A DNA stretch of 59,100 nt, filler included. It is 4 parts of 4 records of this genome, joined end to end, with 100 filler letters (N's around TTAATTAATTAA, not from the genome) between each part and the next. Parts side by side here need not be neighbours in the genome. Positions count along the whole stretch, not along the records: positions 36,996 to 50,786 come from SRR20825006_696; positions 50,887 to 59,100 come from SRR20825006_697; 2 more parts are not named here. One strand, written 5' to 3'. Shown here piece after piece: positions 47,263 through 56,596 of the stretch (positions are counted from its first letter, which is position 1; the number at the start of each line of letters is the position of its first letter). Below the pieces are notes generated by a model that had not been told where the DNA came from, ran no database searches, and saw only the letters and a program-made list of their open reading frames with translations. Both the position numbers and the translations under genes were made by a program.

Positions 47263-47306
47263 TAATATTGCAGCGTTATTAACTTTTTATTGCAGAATCA
47301 TGACGT
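47263..47306 (-). promoter_or_regulatory. Putative tandem Pho boxes
   Basis: Minus strand, 11-bp period: ACGTCATGATT CTGCAATAAAA AGTTAATAACG CTGCAATATTA, resembling PhoB CTGTCAT-N4 repeats. Confidence 0.6.
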
Positions 47307-47361
47307 AAGACCGGCTGCCCGGCTGTCGTATAATCAACGCCTGCCCTGACCAGAGAGAATT

Positions 47362-49401
47362 ATGAGCAACCCATTATTAGACGATTACACCTTGCCGCCG
47401 TTTTCCAGAATCGAGCCGGAACATGTTGAACCGGCCGTGACTCAGGCCATTGAGAAAGCGAGGGAAGCGGTCAATACACTGCTGACCCGCATTGCCGAGC
47501 CCACCTGGGAAACGCTGGTGGAGCCAATGGAAGCCATTGAAGCCAGCATCGATCATGTCTGGTCGCCGGTCAGCCATATGAATTCAGTGGTCAATTCTGA
47601 TGAACTGCGCAAGGCCTACAATGCCTGCCTGCCGCTGCTGAGCGAATTCGGCACTGAACTGGGCCAGAACGAAGATTTGTATCGAGCCTACAAGGCGCTG
47701 GCCGAAGGCGAGGCCTACCAGCAACTGGATACTGCGCAGAAAAAAGTCATTGATAATGCGATTCGTGACTTCCGCCTGTCGGGTGTCGAACTGCCCCCGG
47801 CCCAGCGGGATCAATATAAAAAGATCACGCAGAAGCTGACCGAACTCAGTGCCAAGTTCGAAGAAAACCTGCTCGACGCCACCCACGCCTGGAAAAAACA
47901 CATCACCGATGAGGCCATGCTGTCGGGGTTGCCGCCCTCAACCATTGCGATGGCTGAACAGTTTGCCAAGCGTGACGGTTTGGAAGGCTGGGTATTTACC
48001 CTCGACTTTCCGTCCTATATGCCGGTGATGTCTTATGCGGACAACCGCGAATTGCGTGAAGAAATGTATACCGCTTTTGCTACCAAGGCCTCTGACCAGG
48101 GACCCAATGCCGGTAAATGGGACAACACTGAAGTCATGGCCGAGATTCTGAAACTGCGCCATGAACTCGCCCAACTATTAGGCTTTAATAACCACGCTGA
48201 ACGTTCCCTGGCCACCAAGATGGCACAGACACCGGAACAGGTGCTGGACTTTCTGAATGATCTGGCTGCCCGCAGCAAACCGATTGCCGAGAAAGAGTTT
48301 GAACAGCTCAAGGCCTATGCCAAAGAAACCGCCGGCATGGATGATCTGGAAGCCTGGGATGTGACTTATTTTGCTGAGCAACTGCGTCAGCAGCGCTATT
48401 CGATTTCACAGGAAGAACTCAAACCTTACTTTCCTGAAGACAGAGTGGTGAATGGCCTGTTTGCCGTAGTGAACAAGCTGTACGGGCTGGAAATCACTGA
48501 ACGCAAAGATGTCGATACCTGGCATAAAGATGTGCGTTTCTTCGAAATCCGTGAAGCCAGTGGCGAATTGCGCGGTCAGTTCTATCTGGACCTCTATGCC
48601 CGTCAGCACAAACGTGGTGGCGCCTGGATGGATGAATGTCTGGTGCGTCGTAAAACCGCCAATGGTATTCAGACCCCGGTGGCTTTCCTGACCTGTAACT
48701 TCTCGGAACCGGTCGGCGGTAAACCGGCTTTGTTCACCCATGATGAAGTGACCACGCTGTTCCATGAGTTCGGTCATGGCCTGCACCATATGCTGACCAA
48801 GATTGATTATTCCGGTGTTTCCGGGATTAACGGTGTGGCCTGGGATGCGGTCGAACTGCCGAGCCAGTTTATGGAAAACTGGTGCTGGGAACGCGAAGCG
48901 CTGGATCTGATTGCCGGTCACTATGAAACCGGTGAACCGCTGCCGGAAGCGTTGTATCAGAAAATGATTGCGGCGCGTAACTTCCAGTCAGCGATGCTGA
49001 TGCTGAGACAAATCGAGTTCTCGCTGTTCGACTTCCGTCTGCATCTGGAATTTGATCCGAACGAAGCCAACCAGGTCGACAAGATCCTGGCCGAAGTGCG
49101 CGATCAGATCACCGTGGTCAAACCACCTAAATTCAACCGTTTCGCCCACAGTTTCGCGCATATCTTTGCCGGTGGTTACGCGGCCGGTTATTACAGCTAC
49201 AAGTGGGCGGAAGTTTTATCTGCTGATGCTTTCTCCAAGTTCGAAGAGAACGGGATTTTTGATCGTAAAACCGGTCTGGAATTCCTGTCCTCTATTCTGG
49301 AGCAGGGCGGCTCGAAAGAACCGATGGAACTGTTTATCGAGTTCCGCGGCCGTGAGCCGGAGATTGATGCCTTACTCAGGCACTCCGGTATTGCTGCATA
49401 G
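47362..49401 (+). CDS. prlC: Oligopeptidase A (M3)
   Basis: MSNPLL, KRGGAWM, LFHEFGHGLHH (HExxH), WDAVELPSQF, HIFAGGYAAGYYSYKWAE, FRGREP. Confidence 0.97.
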   Translation: MSNPLLDDYTLPPFSRIEPEHVEPAVTQAIEKAREAVNTLLTRIAEPTWETLVEPMEAIEASIDHVWSPVSHMNSVVNSDELRKAYNACLPLLSEFGTELGQNEDLYRAYKALAEGEAYQQLDTAQKKVIDNAIRDFRLSGVELPPAQRDQYKKITQKLTELSAKFEENLLDATHAWKKHITDEAMLSGLPPSTIAMAEQFAKRDGLEGWVFTLDFPSYMPVMSYADNRELREEMYTAFATKASDQGPNAGKWDNTEVMAEILKLRHELAQLLGFNNHAERSLATKMAQTPEQVLDFLNDLAARSKPIAEKEFEQLKAYAKETAGMDDLEAWDVTYFAEQLRQQRYSISQEELKPYFPEDRVVNGLFAVVNKLYGLEITERKDVDTWHKDVRFFEIREASGELRGQFYLDLYARQHKRGGAWMDECLVRRKTANGIQTPVAFLTCNFSEPVGGKPALFTHDEVTTLFHEFGHGLHHMLTKIDYSGVSGINGVAWDAVELPSQFMENWCWEREALDLIAGHYETGEPLPEALYQKMIAARNFQSAMLMLRQIEFSLFDFRLHLEFDPNEANQVDKILAEVRDQITVVKPPKFNRFAHSFAHIFAGGYAAGYYSYKWAEVLSADAFSKFEENGIFDRKTGLEFLSSILEQGGSKEPMELFIEFRGREPEIDALLRHSGIAA

Positions 49402-49419
49402 TCGCTGCAACGATGCAAT

Positions 49420-49448
49420 AAAAAAGGGCCGAAAGGCCCTTTTTTTTT
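49420..49448. terminator. Bidirectional terminator
   Basis: AAAAAAGGGCC-GAAA-GGCCCTTTTTTTTT. Confidence 0.9.
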
Positions 49449-49471
49449 ATGCTGATCCTGAGCAGTCCAAA

Positions 49472-49888
49472 TTATGAGTTCAGGCAGATCTGCACCGTTT
49501 CCTGCGCTGACTGGATCATGACCGAGACATCATCCTTGGTCACCAGGCCGGCATCAATGTCCTCTTTGAGCTTCTGGTTCAGCGCGCGGGTGGTGTTGGC
49601 GACATCGCCGCCTTGAGCCACCGGCACGATAGCCTGGTCGCGGTATTCGTCAGGCAGATGGTCCAGACCTTGAATCTGGCATTCAGCCATTTTGGCGACA
49701 TAGGCATCAGCTTCGGCACGGATCGCTTTAGCCGTCATATCCGGTCTGTCGTTACTGAGCTTTTTCATCACCAACGGCTTCATCTGTTCACTGTAGTGCT
49801 TTTTATAGTTTTCCTGAGTCTCGGCGTCGATAGCCAGTGCCTGTTGAGCTGTAAAAATAAAAGGCAGTAGTAATAATAGTTTTTTCAT
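49472..49888 (-). CDS. Exported hypothetical protein
   Basis: Sec signal MKKLLLLLPFIFTAQQALA; RBS AAGGA; two Cys; helical-looking. Confidence 0.8.
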   Translation of the reverse strand: MKKLLLLLPFIFTAQQALAIDAETQENYKKHYSEQMKPLVMKKLSNDRPDMTAKAIRAEADAYVAKMAECQIQGLDHLPDEYRDQAIVPVAQGGDVANTTRALNQKLKEDIDAGLVTKDDVSVMIQSAQETVQICLNS

Positions 49889-50044
49889 CGCATATCCTTT
49901 CGGGTCGGGGCTTCATAAAATATCTGGGTGTTGAAGCTGAAACATAATGGTTTAGAAATCAATTTCCTGTGAACTGTATCTGCTTACACAAAATCATTCC
50001 AGATGCACACTCAAGCGTGGAGTCTGACAAAAAAGCGGGCAATA

Positions 50045-50070
50045 AAAAAGGGCAGCGATGTGCCCCTTTT
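50045..50070 (-). terminator. Terminator after ybiI-like gene
   Basis: AAAAAGGGCA...TGCCCCTTTT stem with T-tract on the minus strand. Confidence 0.65.
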
Positions 50071-50086
50071 CATTTGCTTGTCTTCA

Positions 50087-50353
50087 TCAGCGCAGTTGAC
50101 TGTCCTTACTGCCGCGGCGGTTAAAGAGTCCGGCAGCCTTGTTTTCCTTATCAACTTCTTCCTGGCATTGCACGCACAGCCGCACACCGGGAATCGCTTC
50201 ACGGCGGGCTTGTGGAATTTCTTTTTCACACTCTTCGCAGTGCTTCAGGCTCTCGCCTTTGGGCAGACGGCCGCGCACAGCGCTGACGGCATCTTCCACA
50301 CTGGCGTCTATCTGATCTTGTACTGCCCCGTCTTTCGACCATCCTCCAGCCAT
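50087..50353 (-). CDS. ybiI: DksA/TraR-family C4 zinc-finger protein (YbiI-like)
   Basis: MAGGWSKDGAVQDQID, CEEC...IPQARREAIPGVRLCVQCQ, NRRGSKDSQLR; GGAGG RBS. Confidence 0.9.
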   Translation of the reverse strand: MAGGWSKDGAVQDQIDASVEDAVSAVRGRLPKGESLKHCEECEKEIPQARREAIPGVRLCVQCQEEVDKENKAAGLFNRRGSKDSQLR

Positions 50354-50446
50354 GATGACCTCCAAATGACTGTTTTCATAATAGTTTCATTATATTGTAA
50401 AGATGGGGGTAGGGATCAAAATTCTCAAGTTGATTGTTTTTTCTGT

Positions 50447-50525
50447 GTCGGTTGGGCTGAGGTACGAAGCCCAACGATAGAGGTTGAGGGCGTTGTTGGG
50501 CTTCATTGCATTTAGCCCAACCTAC
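50447..50525. repeat. Inverted REP doublet (GTAG-type)
   Basis: GTCGGTTGGGCTGAGGTACGAAGCCCAAC facing GTTGGGCTTCATTGCATTTAGCCCAACCTAC; each unit is palindromic. Confidence 0.8.
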
Positions 50526-50528
50526 ATT

Positions 50529-50761
50529 TTGTCATTGCGAGGTCGGTAGGCCGCGGCAATCTCCCGGAACTAGTTTCTAATTAAAGCTGGGAAGCACCAA
50601 TGGATAAAACATTCAGTTCTATTCTGAACGCTCGTATTTCGCCTTAATGGCGAGTCAGGGTTTATTTGCGTTTTTGGACTTTACCAATAGGGGATGTTGT
50701 CATTGCGAGGCCGTTAGGTCGTGGCAATCTTCCGGAACCTGGTTTTCGGTCAAAGCTGGGA
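50529..50761 (+). repeat. Two diverged direct copies of a ~65-bp GTCATTGCGAG...GCAATC REP-like unit
   Basis: 50529-50592 and 50697-50761 share TTGTCATTGCGAGG...GGCAATCT.CCGGAAC...AAAGCTGGGA. Confidence 0.75.
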
Positions 50762-50786
50762 CGCTGCCGCGGGGCGTTCATTTATT

Positions 50787-50886
50787 NNNNNNNNNNNNNN
50801 NNNNNNNNNNNNNNNNNNNNNNNNNNNNNNTTAATTAATTAANNNNNNNNNNNNNNNNNNNNNNNNNNNNNNNNNNNNNNNNNNNN
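50787..50886. other. Artificial contig spacer
   Basis: N44-TTAATTAATTAA-N44. Confidence 0.99.
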
Positions 50887-51263
50887 GTCATGCCGCCGTC
50901 GCCCGTGGTGGTCGAGGTGCCCGCAAGGGTTGCGCCGCGGCCCAACGCCTCTTTTGCCGGACCCGACAGAGAACCAAAGGACATGCCCGCGATGGTCACC
51001 GGGATTTTCAACTCAATCGGCTTTTTCGCAAAACGCGTACCGAGGGTGACGGAGGTGTCACATTTCTCGCGATAGCCTTCGAGCGGGTAACGCGACATCG
51101 ACGCGCCCATGAACAGCAGGTCATCGAAATGCGGCACACGGCGTTTCGCGCCACCGCCCCGGATGTCGTAAATCCCGGTGGCCGCCGCCCGACGGATTTC
51201 AGCATTCACATCCTTTGAAAAGGTCCACGACTGGCGCGGTTCGGTTTGTGGTGTTTTTTCCAT
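50887..51263 (-). CDS. mgsC: N-methylglutamate synthase subunit C (FMN-binding glutamate synthase family), 3' truncated
   Basis: IRRAAATGIYDIRGGGAKR, SRYPLEGYREKC, IAGMSFGSLS, TTTGDGGM; GAGGAG RBS before ATG 51263. Confidence 0.9.
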
Positions 51264-51273
51264 GTCGCGCTCC

Positions 51274-51960
51274 TCAGTATTCGTCTGCGTGGTCAATGTT
51301 GAAATTGTAGAGTTTGCGGGCGGAACCGTAGCGCTTGAACTCTTCGGGCTTTGCATCGGCACCCGCTTTTTCAAGAAGCTCTTTGAGGATTTCGATGTGT
51401 TCCGGGCGCATCTCTTTTTCGATGCAATCGGCGCCGAGTGATTTCACCGTCCCACGCACGAAAAGACGTGCTTCATAAAGACTGTCGCCAAGTGCATCCC
51501 CTGCGTTACCCAGCACCACAAGGTTGCCCTTTTGCGCCATGAACGCGGACATGTGACCGATGTTGCCATGCACGACAATGTCGATGCCCTTCATCGAAAT
51601 ACCACAACGCGAAGACGCATTGCCTTTGATGTTCAAGAGACCGCCATGTCCGGTTGCGCCGGCATATTGCGAGGCGTCGCCTTCGATGGTGACGGTGCCA
51701 GACATCATGTTTTCGGCCACACCAGGACCCGCAGACCCTTTGACAGTGACCGTCGCCTCTTTGTTCATGCCAGCACAGTAGTAGCCGGTAGACCCTTGGA
51801 TCGTCACGTCAAGCGGGCCATCGAGACCGCAGGCCATCGCATGACTGCCGCGCGGATTGGTGATGATGTATTCCGCATTGGCCTGTGCTTTCGCAGCGGC
51901 CTGTAACGTGCTGTTGATGTCGCGCAGTTCTGTCTGCGTCATATCGAGCGTGTTGGTCAT
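51274..51960 (-). CDS. mgsB: N-methylglutamate synthase subunit B (GXGXG/GltB-C-terminal-like)
   Basis: GSTGYYCAGMN, GVAENMMSG, SRCGISMKG, GHMSAFMAQ, YGSARKLYNF. Confidence 0.92.
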   Translation of the reverse strand: MTNTLDMTQTELRDINSTLQAAAKAQANAEYIITNPRGSHAMACGLDGPLDVTIQGSTGYYCAGMNKEATVTVKGSAGPGVAENMMSGTVTIEGDASQYAGATGHGGLLNIKGNASSRCGISMKGIDIVVHGNIGHMSAFMAQKGNLVVLGNAGDALGDSLYEARLFVRGTVKSLGADCIEKEMRPEHIEILKELLEKAGADAKPEEFKRYGSARKLYNFNIDHADEY

Positions 51961-51963
51961 GGA

Positions 51964-52851
51964 TTAGCGCTCCCAGAAATATACAGTTGCGGGTTCCGGC
52001 TCCCAAACGCGGGCGGCATCAATACCCGGCAGGTCGGCGAACGCACGGTATTCAGAGGCGAAAGCGACGTAGTCGTCTGTTTCGGCCATCACGGCGGGTT
52101 TGCAGGCGATTGGGTCGCGCACAACGCCAAAGCCGTTTTTCGTCCCGGTGACAAAGGTGAAGAACCCATCGAGATCCTTCAGTGTGCCTTCCAAAGCCTC
52201 GCCAAGCGTCGCGCCGTCCGCAATGCGTGAGGAGATATAGGCCGCACCCACTTCGGTGTCGTTTTCCGAGCGTGTGAACACACCTTTTTTCGCCAAAACC
52301 CGGCGCATTTGGTTGTGGTTCGACAGCGAGCCGTTGTGCACGAGGCACTGGTCATCTGCGGTCGAAAACGGATGCGCGCCCATGGTTGTGACGGCGGATT
52401 CTGTCGCCATGCGGGTGTGACCGATACCGTGGCTGCCACCCATCTCGCGCAGGTTAAACCGAGCCGCCACGTCTTTGGGCAGGCCGATTTCTTTATAAAT
52501 TTCCATGGACTCGCCCGACCCCATGATGCGCAGTCCTTTGTTTTCAAGGAACGCAATCGCTGCTTTTTCCGATCCGGCGGGGACAGTGAGCACCGCATGC
52601 GTGCTGATCGACTTGATCGTCACAGGCCCGTCGATTACCGCGCAGAGATCGGCGTCTAGATCGGCAAATGCCGTCTCCGGCGTATCCGACTGAACGGTGA
52701 TTTTGATGCCGCCTGTCTCATCACCATAGATCGCGATCCCTGCACTATCGGGGCCGCGGTCGGTCATGGTGATCAGCATATCGGTTAACATGTCGCCCAG
52801 CTTGGGGCGCAGTTCGTCCTTTTTAAGGAACAGGCCTACAATGCCACACAT
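51964..52851 (-). CDS. mgsA: N-methylglutamate synthase subunit A (class II glutamine amidotransferase)
   Basis: N-terminal MCGIVG (Ntn Cys), RGPDSAG, GHTRMATES, VHNGSLSN, ENDTE; GGAGG RBS. Confidence 0.92.
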   Translation of the reverse strand: MCGIVGLFLKKDELRPKLGDMLTDMLITMTDRGPDSAGIAIYGDETGGIKITVQSDTPETAFADLDADLCAVIDGPVTIKSISTHAVLTVPAGSEKAAIAFLENKGLRIMGSGESMEIYKEIGLPKDVAARFNLREMGGSHGIGHTRMATESAVTTMGAHPFSTADDQCLVHNGSLSNHNQMRRVLAKKGVFTRSENDTEVGAAYISSRIADGATLGEALEGTLKDLDGFFTFVTGTKNGFGVVRDPIACKPAVMAETDDYVAFASEYRAFADLPGIDAARVWEPEPATVYFWER

Positions 52852-52913
52852 ATATCCCTCCATCAGAGTCTTCGGCCCAATCGCCGTTATGATCTGATTA
52901 GAGGGAAATCTTA

Positions 52914-52966
52914 TTTCTCATCAAGAAAGTTTTTCTCTACAGGAGCAAGTTTTTCTGTTTGGGAAA
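52914..52966. promoter_or_regulatory. Three TTTC-N7-GAAA operator-like boxes upstream of mgsA
   Basis: TTTCTCATCAAGAAA (52914), TTTCTCTACAGGAGC (52932), TTTCTGTTTGGGAAA (52952). Confidence 0.6.
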
Positions 52967-53041
52967 TAATCGCCCGGAAATGTCGCGAAATAGGGCGTGG
53001 GCAGCAGCCATCGCACAAAAAACAGACTTCCTTAGAACGCA

Positions 53042-53677
53042 TTATTTTTGTTGAGGGTAGGTGATGACCGAAAGATAGCGCGCGGGAAGCTCAATCAGCG
53101 CCTCTGGCCCATGCGGCGAATCTGCATCAAACAATAGCGAGTCACCCGGTTCCAAAATGTACCGCTTGTCCCCATGCCGATAGTCGATCACGCCCTCAAG
53201 AATATAGAGCAACTCAATGCCCTCATGTTGAAACGCCGGAAAACGGTCGCTCTCGTTGTCCAAGGTGATGAGATAGGGTTCAACCACAACACCGGAGTTG
53301 TTTGACCCAATATGCCCCAACAGGTTGTATTGGTGCCCCGCGCGTGTCCCCGCGCGTTCGATTTCAACACCCTCGCCCGCTTTCACATGCATACAACCGC
53401 GCTCTTCTTCAAAGCCGGAAAACAGTTGAACCAGTGGCACGCGCAGCGCATTGGCGAGGGTTTGAATCGTGTTCAGAGAGGGTGAAATCACACCGTTTTC
53501 GATTTTGGACAGCATCCCAACCGACAGACCCGCCTGCCCCGCAAGATCCGCGCCCGTCATGCGCTGACGCTTGCGCAACTCGCGCACCTGACGGCCAATC
53601 GCCACTTCAAGGTTCTTTTCGCGCGTCTCACGAACCGCATGAGGATTTTGTTGGAGGGTGGTCTGTGATTTTGTCAT
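53042..53677 (-). CDS. XRE-family HTH transcriptional regulator with C-terminal cupin
   Basis: IGRQVRELRK...LSVGMLSKIENGVISPSL; cupin HEGIELLYILEG...LEPGDSLLFDADSPH; ATG 53677 with AGGA RBS. Confidence 0.93.
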   Translation of the reverse strand: MTKSQTTLQQNPHAVRETREKNLEVAIGRQVRELRKRQRMTGADLAGQAGLSVGMLSKIENGVISPSLNTIQTLANALRVPLVQLFSGFEEERGCMHVKAGEGVEIERAGTRAGHQYNLLGHIGSNNSGVVVEPYLITLDNESDRFPAFQHEGIELLYILEGVIDYRHGDKRYILEPGDSLLFDADSPHGPEALIELPARYLSVITYPQQK

Positions 53678-53719
53678 TCGGCGTCCTGTCTCAAAACTGG
53701 TCTTCAATCTATGCTCTGT

Positions 53720-55006
53720 TTACTGCGGCGTGGCTTTAGCACTGCGATCTGGGGCAAGTCGTTGATCCCACAATTGCCCAAGCTCTTCCATATGCCGTTT
53801 TAAACGTGGTCCATTGTGTTCCAGCCAGTCCAAAACGGACACGAAGTCTTCAATCCGGGCCTTGCCATTACGGATTGTAACCACCGGCCAATCTCCGACC
53901 AAGGCATTATCAATCCCAAAAATCTCATCGCCCCACCATCGGGCTGGACCAAAGACATGTGACATCCGGCGCCCCCGCTTCATCGCCGCCAAAACCGACA
54001 CGGAATTGGTCGAATCCGCGAGCTCAACCGCATTGTGCCACAGATCCAAGATCGACGCATATTCCCAACTCACCGCACCCCATGCGCCAGGGAAGCGACT
54101 GCAATAGGTGTCAAAGAATGCTTTGGGCTGACGAAAGAAAAACGCGTTATCCGCCAGTTTTGGGTCATCAAAATCCGGGAACTGAAAGACAAAACGCTCC
54201 ATGAACGCAGCCGACGTGCGCGCAATCAACCTGTTATAGTTGTCGCCGGTACAGGACAGGATATGGCCCTCAAAGCCAAGTTTGTAGGCGGCTTCGGTCA
54301 GAGCCTTGACCATGGGCGGCGGCGAAGAACACCAACAGAGAATATCGGGGGCTTCGGCCATCATGGCTTTGACAATGCCAAGTGCGTCTTTGGTGTCTGC
54401 GCTGTATTGAATGTCTTTGACGATTTCTCGCTTTGCCGCCTCAAATCCGGCGCGATAGACCGCGAGTGACGGCAAGCCCATCAAATCGGTTTGGCTACAT
54501 ACTGCGACGCGGGTGGCCTGAGGTTGGGTGCGCACCAACCACTCAATACCCGCGACATTGAACAGGGGATGCACCTCAGCCGGTGCGATCAAATAAGGCC
54601 GGTCCGGCGACAGATCACTGGGCAACAGGGTCGCCACAAGCACTTTACGCGACATCAGGTAATCAATCGCCTGCGCCACATCATTTCCGCCCAGCGTGAC
54701 GATCAGCGGGATCTGATCTTTTTCGACCATATCGCGGGCCGCGGCCAAAGTTTGGTCCGGACCAATTGCACTATCCTGCACACGCATTTCGATCTTGTGC
54801 CTGCGACCGCCCACCATCAGGCCGCCATGGGTGTTGATCCAGTCCACCCAGATCTTGCAGCCCTCATATCCGGGCAGGCCCCATGCCTGTTCATCCCCGG
54901 ACATGGGAATCAAAAAGCCAATCCGAATGGGCGCGCGGGTTTGTCCGCCCAGTTTCGGCAAAGACCCTGTCACAAGCAGGCGCTGAGAGAGGGAAGAAAT
55001 GCTCAT
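53720..55006 (-). CDS. Branched-chain-type (PBP1) substrate-binding protein, apparently without signal peptide
   Basis: IRIGFLIPMSG, INTHGGLMVGG, APDILCW; no hydrophobic N-terminal leader; no permease or ATPase gene adjacent. Confidence 0.8.
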   Translation of the reverse strand: MSISSLSQRLLVTGSLPKLGGQTRAPIRIGFLIPMSGDEQAWGLPGYEGCKIWVDWINTHGGLMVGGRRHKIEMRVQDSAIGPDQTLAAARDMVEKDQIPLIVTLGGNDVAQAIDYLMSRKVLVATLLPSDLSPDRPYLIAPAEVHPLFNVAGIEWLVRTQPQATRVAVCSQTDLMGLPSLAVYRAGFEAAKREIVKDIQYSADTKDALGIVKAMMAEAPDILCWCSSPPPMVKALTEAAYKLGFEGHILSCTGDNYNRLIARTSAAFMERFVFQFPDFDDPKLADNAFFFRQPKAFFDTYCSRFPGAWGAVSWEYASILDLWHNAVELADSTNSVSVLAAMKRGRRMSHVFGPARWWGDEIFGIDNALVGDWPVVTIRNGKARIEDFVSVLDWLEHNGPRLKRHMEELGQLWDQRLAPDRSAKATPQ

Positions 55007-55184
55007 ATTTTCATCATTGGCCTAATTTTGTGATCATCAGGGCCAAATGGCCCCTGCAAATATATTCCCACAAAGAAAATTCATTGACCACGAAAAAAGT
55101 TGGTTCTCATCTGGTTCATGCCGATTGAACCAATTTATGAATTCGGTTCAGTCCAATGAATTCTAATGTCCAAGGGAGACACTC

Positions 55185-56528
55185 ATGACCAAACGTGTCG
55201 CAATTATCGGAGCGGGTCCCTCCGGCCTCGCACAGCTCCGCGCCTTTCAATCTGCCGCGCATAAAGGCGCAGAGATTCCCGACGTTGTCTGTTTTGAAAA
55301 ACAATCCGATTGGGGTGGGTTGTGGAACTACACATGGCGCACCGGCGTCGATGAAAATGGCGAACCCGTGCATTGTTCAATGTATCGCTATCTGTGGACC
55401 AACGGTCCGAAAGAAGGTTTGGAATTTGCCGACTATTCCTTTGAGGAACATTTCGGCAAACAAATCGCCTCCTATCCGCCGCGCGCCGTCATGGTTGATT
55501 ATATCGAAGGTCGGGTGAAAAAGGCCGGAGTGCGTGATTGGATTCGGTTCTCTACCGTAATCCGCTGGGTCGACTACGATGAGGACACAGGCAAATTTAC
55601 CATCACCGCCCATGACATGGTCGAGGACCGGATGTACAAAGAGGTGTTTGATCATGTGATCGTTGCCTCAGGTCACTTCTCTTCGCCAAACGTGCCCGAA
55701 TACCCTGGGTTCGAGACATTTAATGGCCGCATCGTCCACGCTCATGATTTCCGCGACGCGCGCGAATTTGCGGGCAAAGATGTGCTTTTGGTGGGCGCGT
55801 CTTATTCGGCGGAAGACATCGGATCACAATGTTGGAAGTACGGCGCCAAGTCGATCACAACTTCCTATCGGTCCGCACCCATGGGGTTTGACTGGCCGGA
55901 CAATTGGGAAGAAAAACCTGCGCTGGTGAAAGTCGACGGCAAAACCGCCTTTTTCAAAGATGGCTCCACCAAGGATGTCGATGCGATCATTCTTTGCACT
56001 GGCTATCGTCACTACTTCCCATTCCTGCCTGACGATCTGCGCCTGAAAACGGCCAACCGTTTGGCCACGGCCGACCTCTATAAAGGCGTCGCCTATGTCC
56101 ACAATCCAAAGATGTTCTATCTGGGGATGCAGGATCAGTGGTTCACCTTTAACATGTTCGATGCGCAGGCTTGGTATGTGCGGGACATCATCATGGGCCG
56201 CATCGAGGTGCCCTCTGACAAAGAGGTGCTTTTGGCCGATGTTGCAGAACGCGTTGAGCGCGAAGAACGTCAGGATGATGTGAAATACGCGATCGTCTAT
56301 CAGGGCGATTACGTCAAAGAACTGATCGCCGACACCGACTATCCATCCTTCGATGTGGATGGGGCTTGCGAGGCTTTCTTTGAATGGAAGCACCATAAGG
56401 TCGAGGACATTATGGGCTTTCGCAATCACAGCTATAAATCGGTGATCACCGGAACCATGGCCCCCGCGCACCATACCCCGTGGAAAGATGCGCTGGACGA
56501 TTCCATGGAAGCCTATCTTCAAAACTGA
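55185..56528 (+). CDS. tmm: Trimethylamine monooxygenase (bacterial FMO)
   Basis: GAGPSG FAD motif, [37 protein letters not shown] motif, GASYSAED; methylamine gene context. Confidence 0.95.
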   Translation: MTKRVAIIGAGPSGLAQLRAFQSAAHKGAEIPDVVCFEKQSDWGGLWNYTWRTGVDENGEPVHCSMYRYLWTNGPKEGLEFADYSFEEHFGKQIASYPPRAVMVDYIEGRVKKAGVRDWIRFSTVIRWVDYDEDTGKFTITAHDMVEDRMYKEVFDHVIVASGHFSSPNVPEYPGFETFNGRIVHAHDFRDAREFAGKDVLLVGASYSAEDIGSQCWKYGAKSITTSYRSAPMGFDWPDNWEEKPALVKVDGKTAFFKDGSTKDVDAIILCTGYRHYFPFLPDDLRLKTANRLATADLYKGVAYVHNPKMFYLGMQDQWFTFNMFDAQAWYVRDIIMGRIEVPSDKEVLLADVAERVEREERQDDVKYAIVYQGDYVKELIADTDYPSFDVDGACEAFFEWKHHKVEDIMGFRNHSYKSVITGTMAPAHHTPWKDALDDSMEAYLQN

Positions 56529-56596
56529 TCTAACATGTGACGCAATGGACGGGCCTTTCGCGGGGCCCGTCTCTCTCCTTTTTACAAGGACAAAAA

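Noticed and set aside
50529-50761. Possible CRISPR array at the end of contig 3
   Set aside because: Two diverged ~65-bp units about 100 nt apart; length and divergence fit REP-like repeats
50647-50838. ORF running into the N spacer
   Set aside because: Overlaps a REP unit and the artificial spacer; no coding evidence
50887-52851. Fragmented glutamate synthase (gltB pseudogene)
   Set aside because: The three-gene split is the normal MgsABC organisation; mgsC is cut only by the contig end
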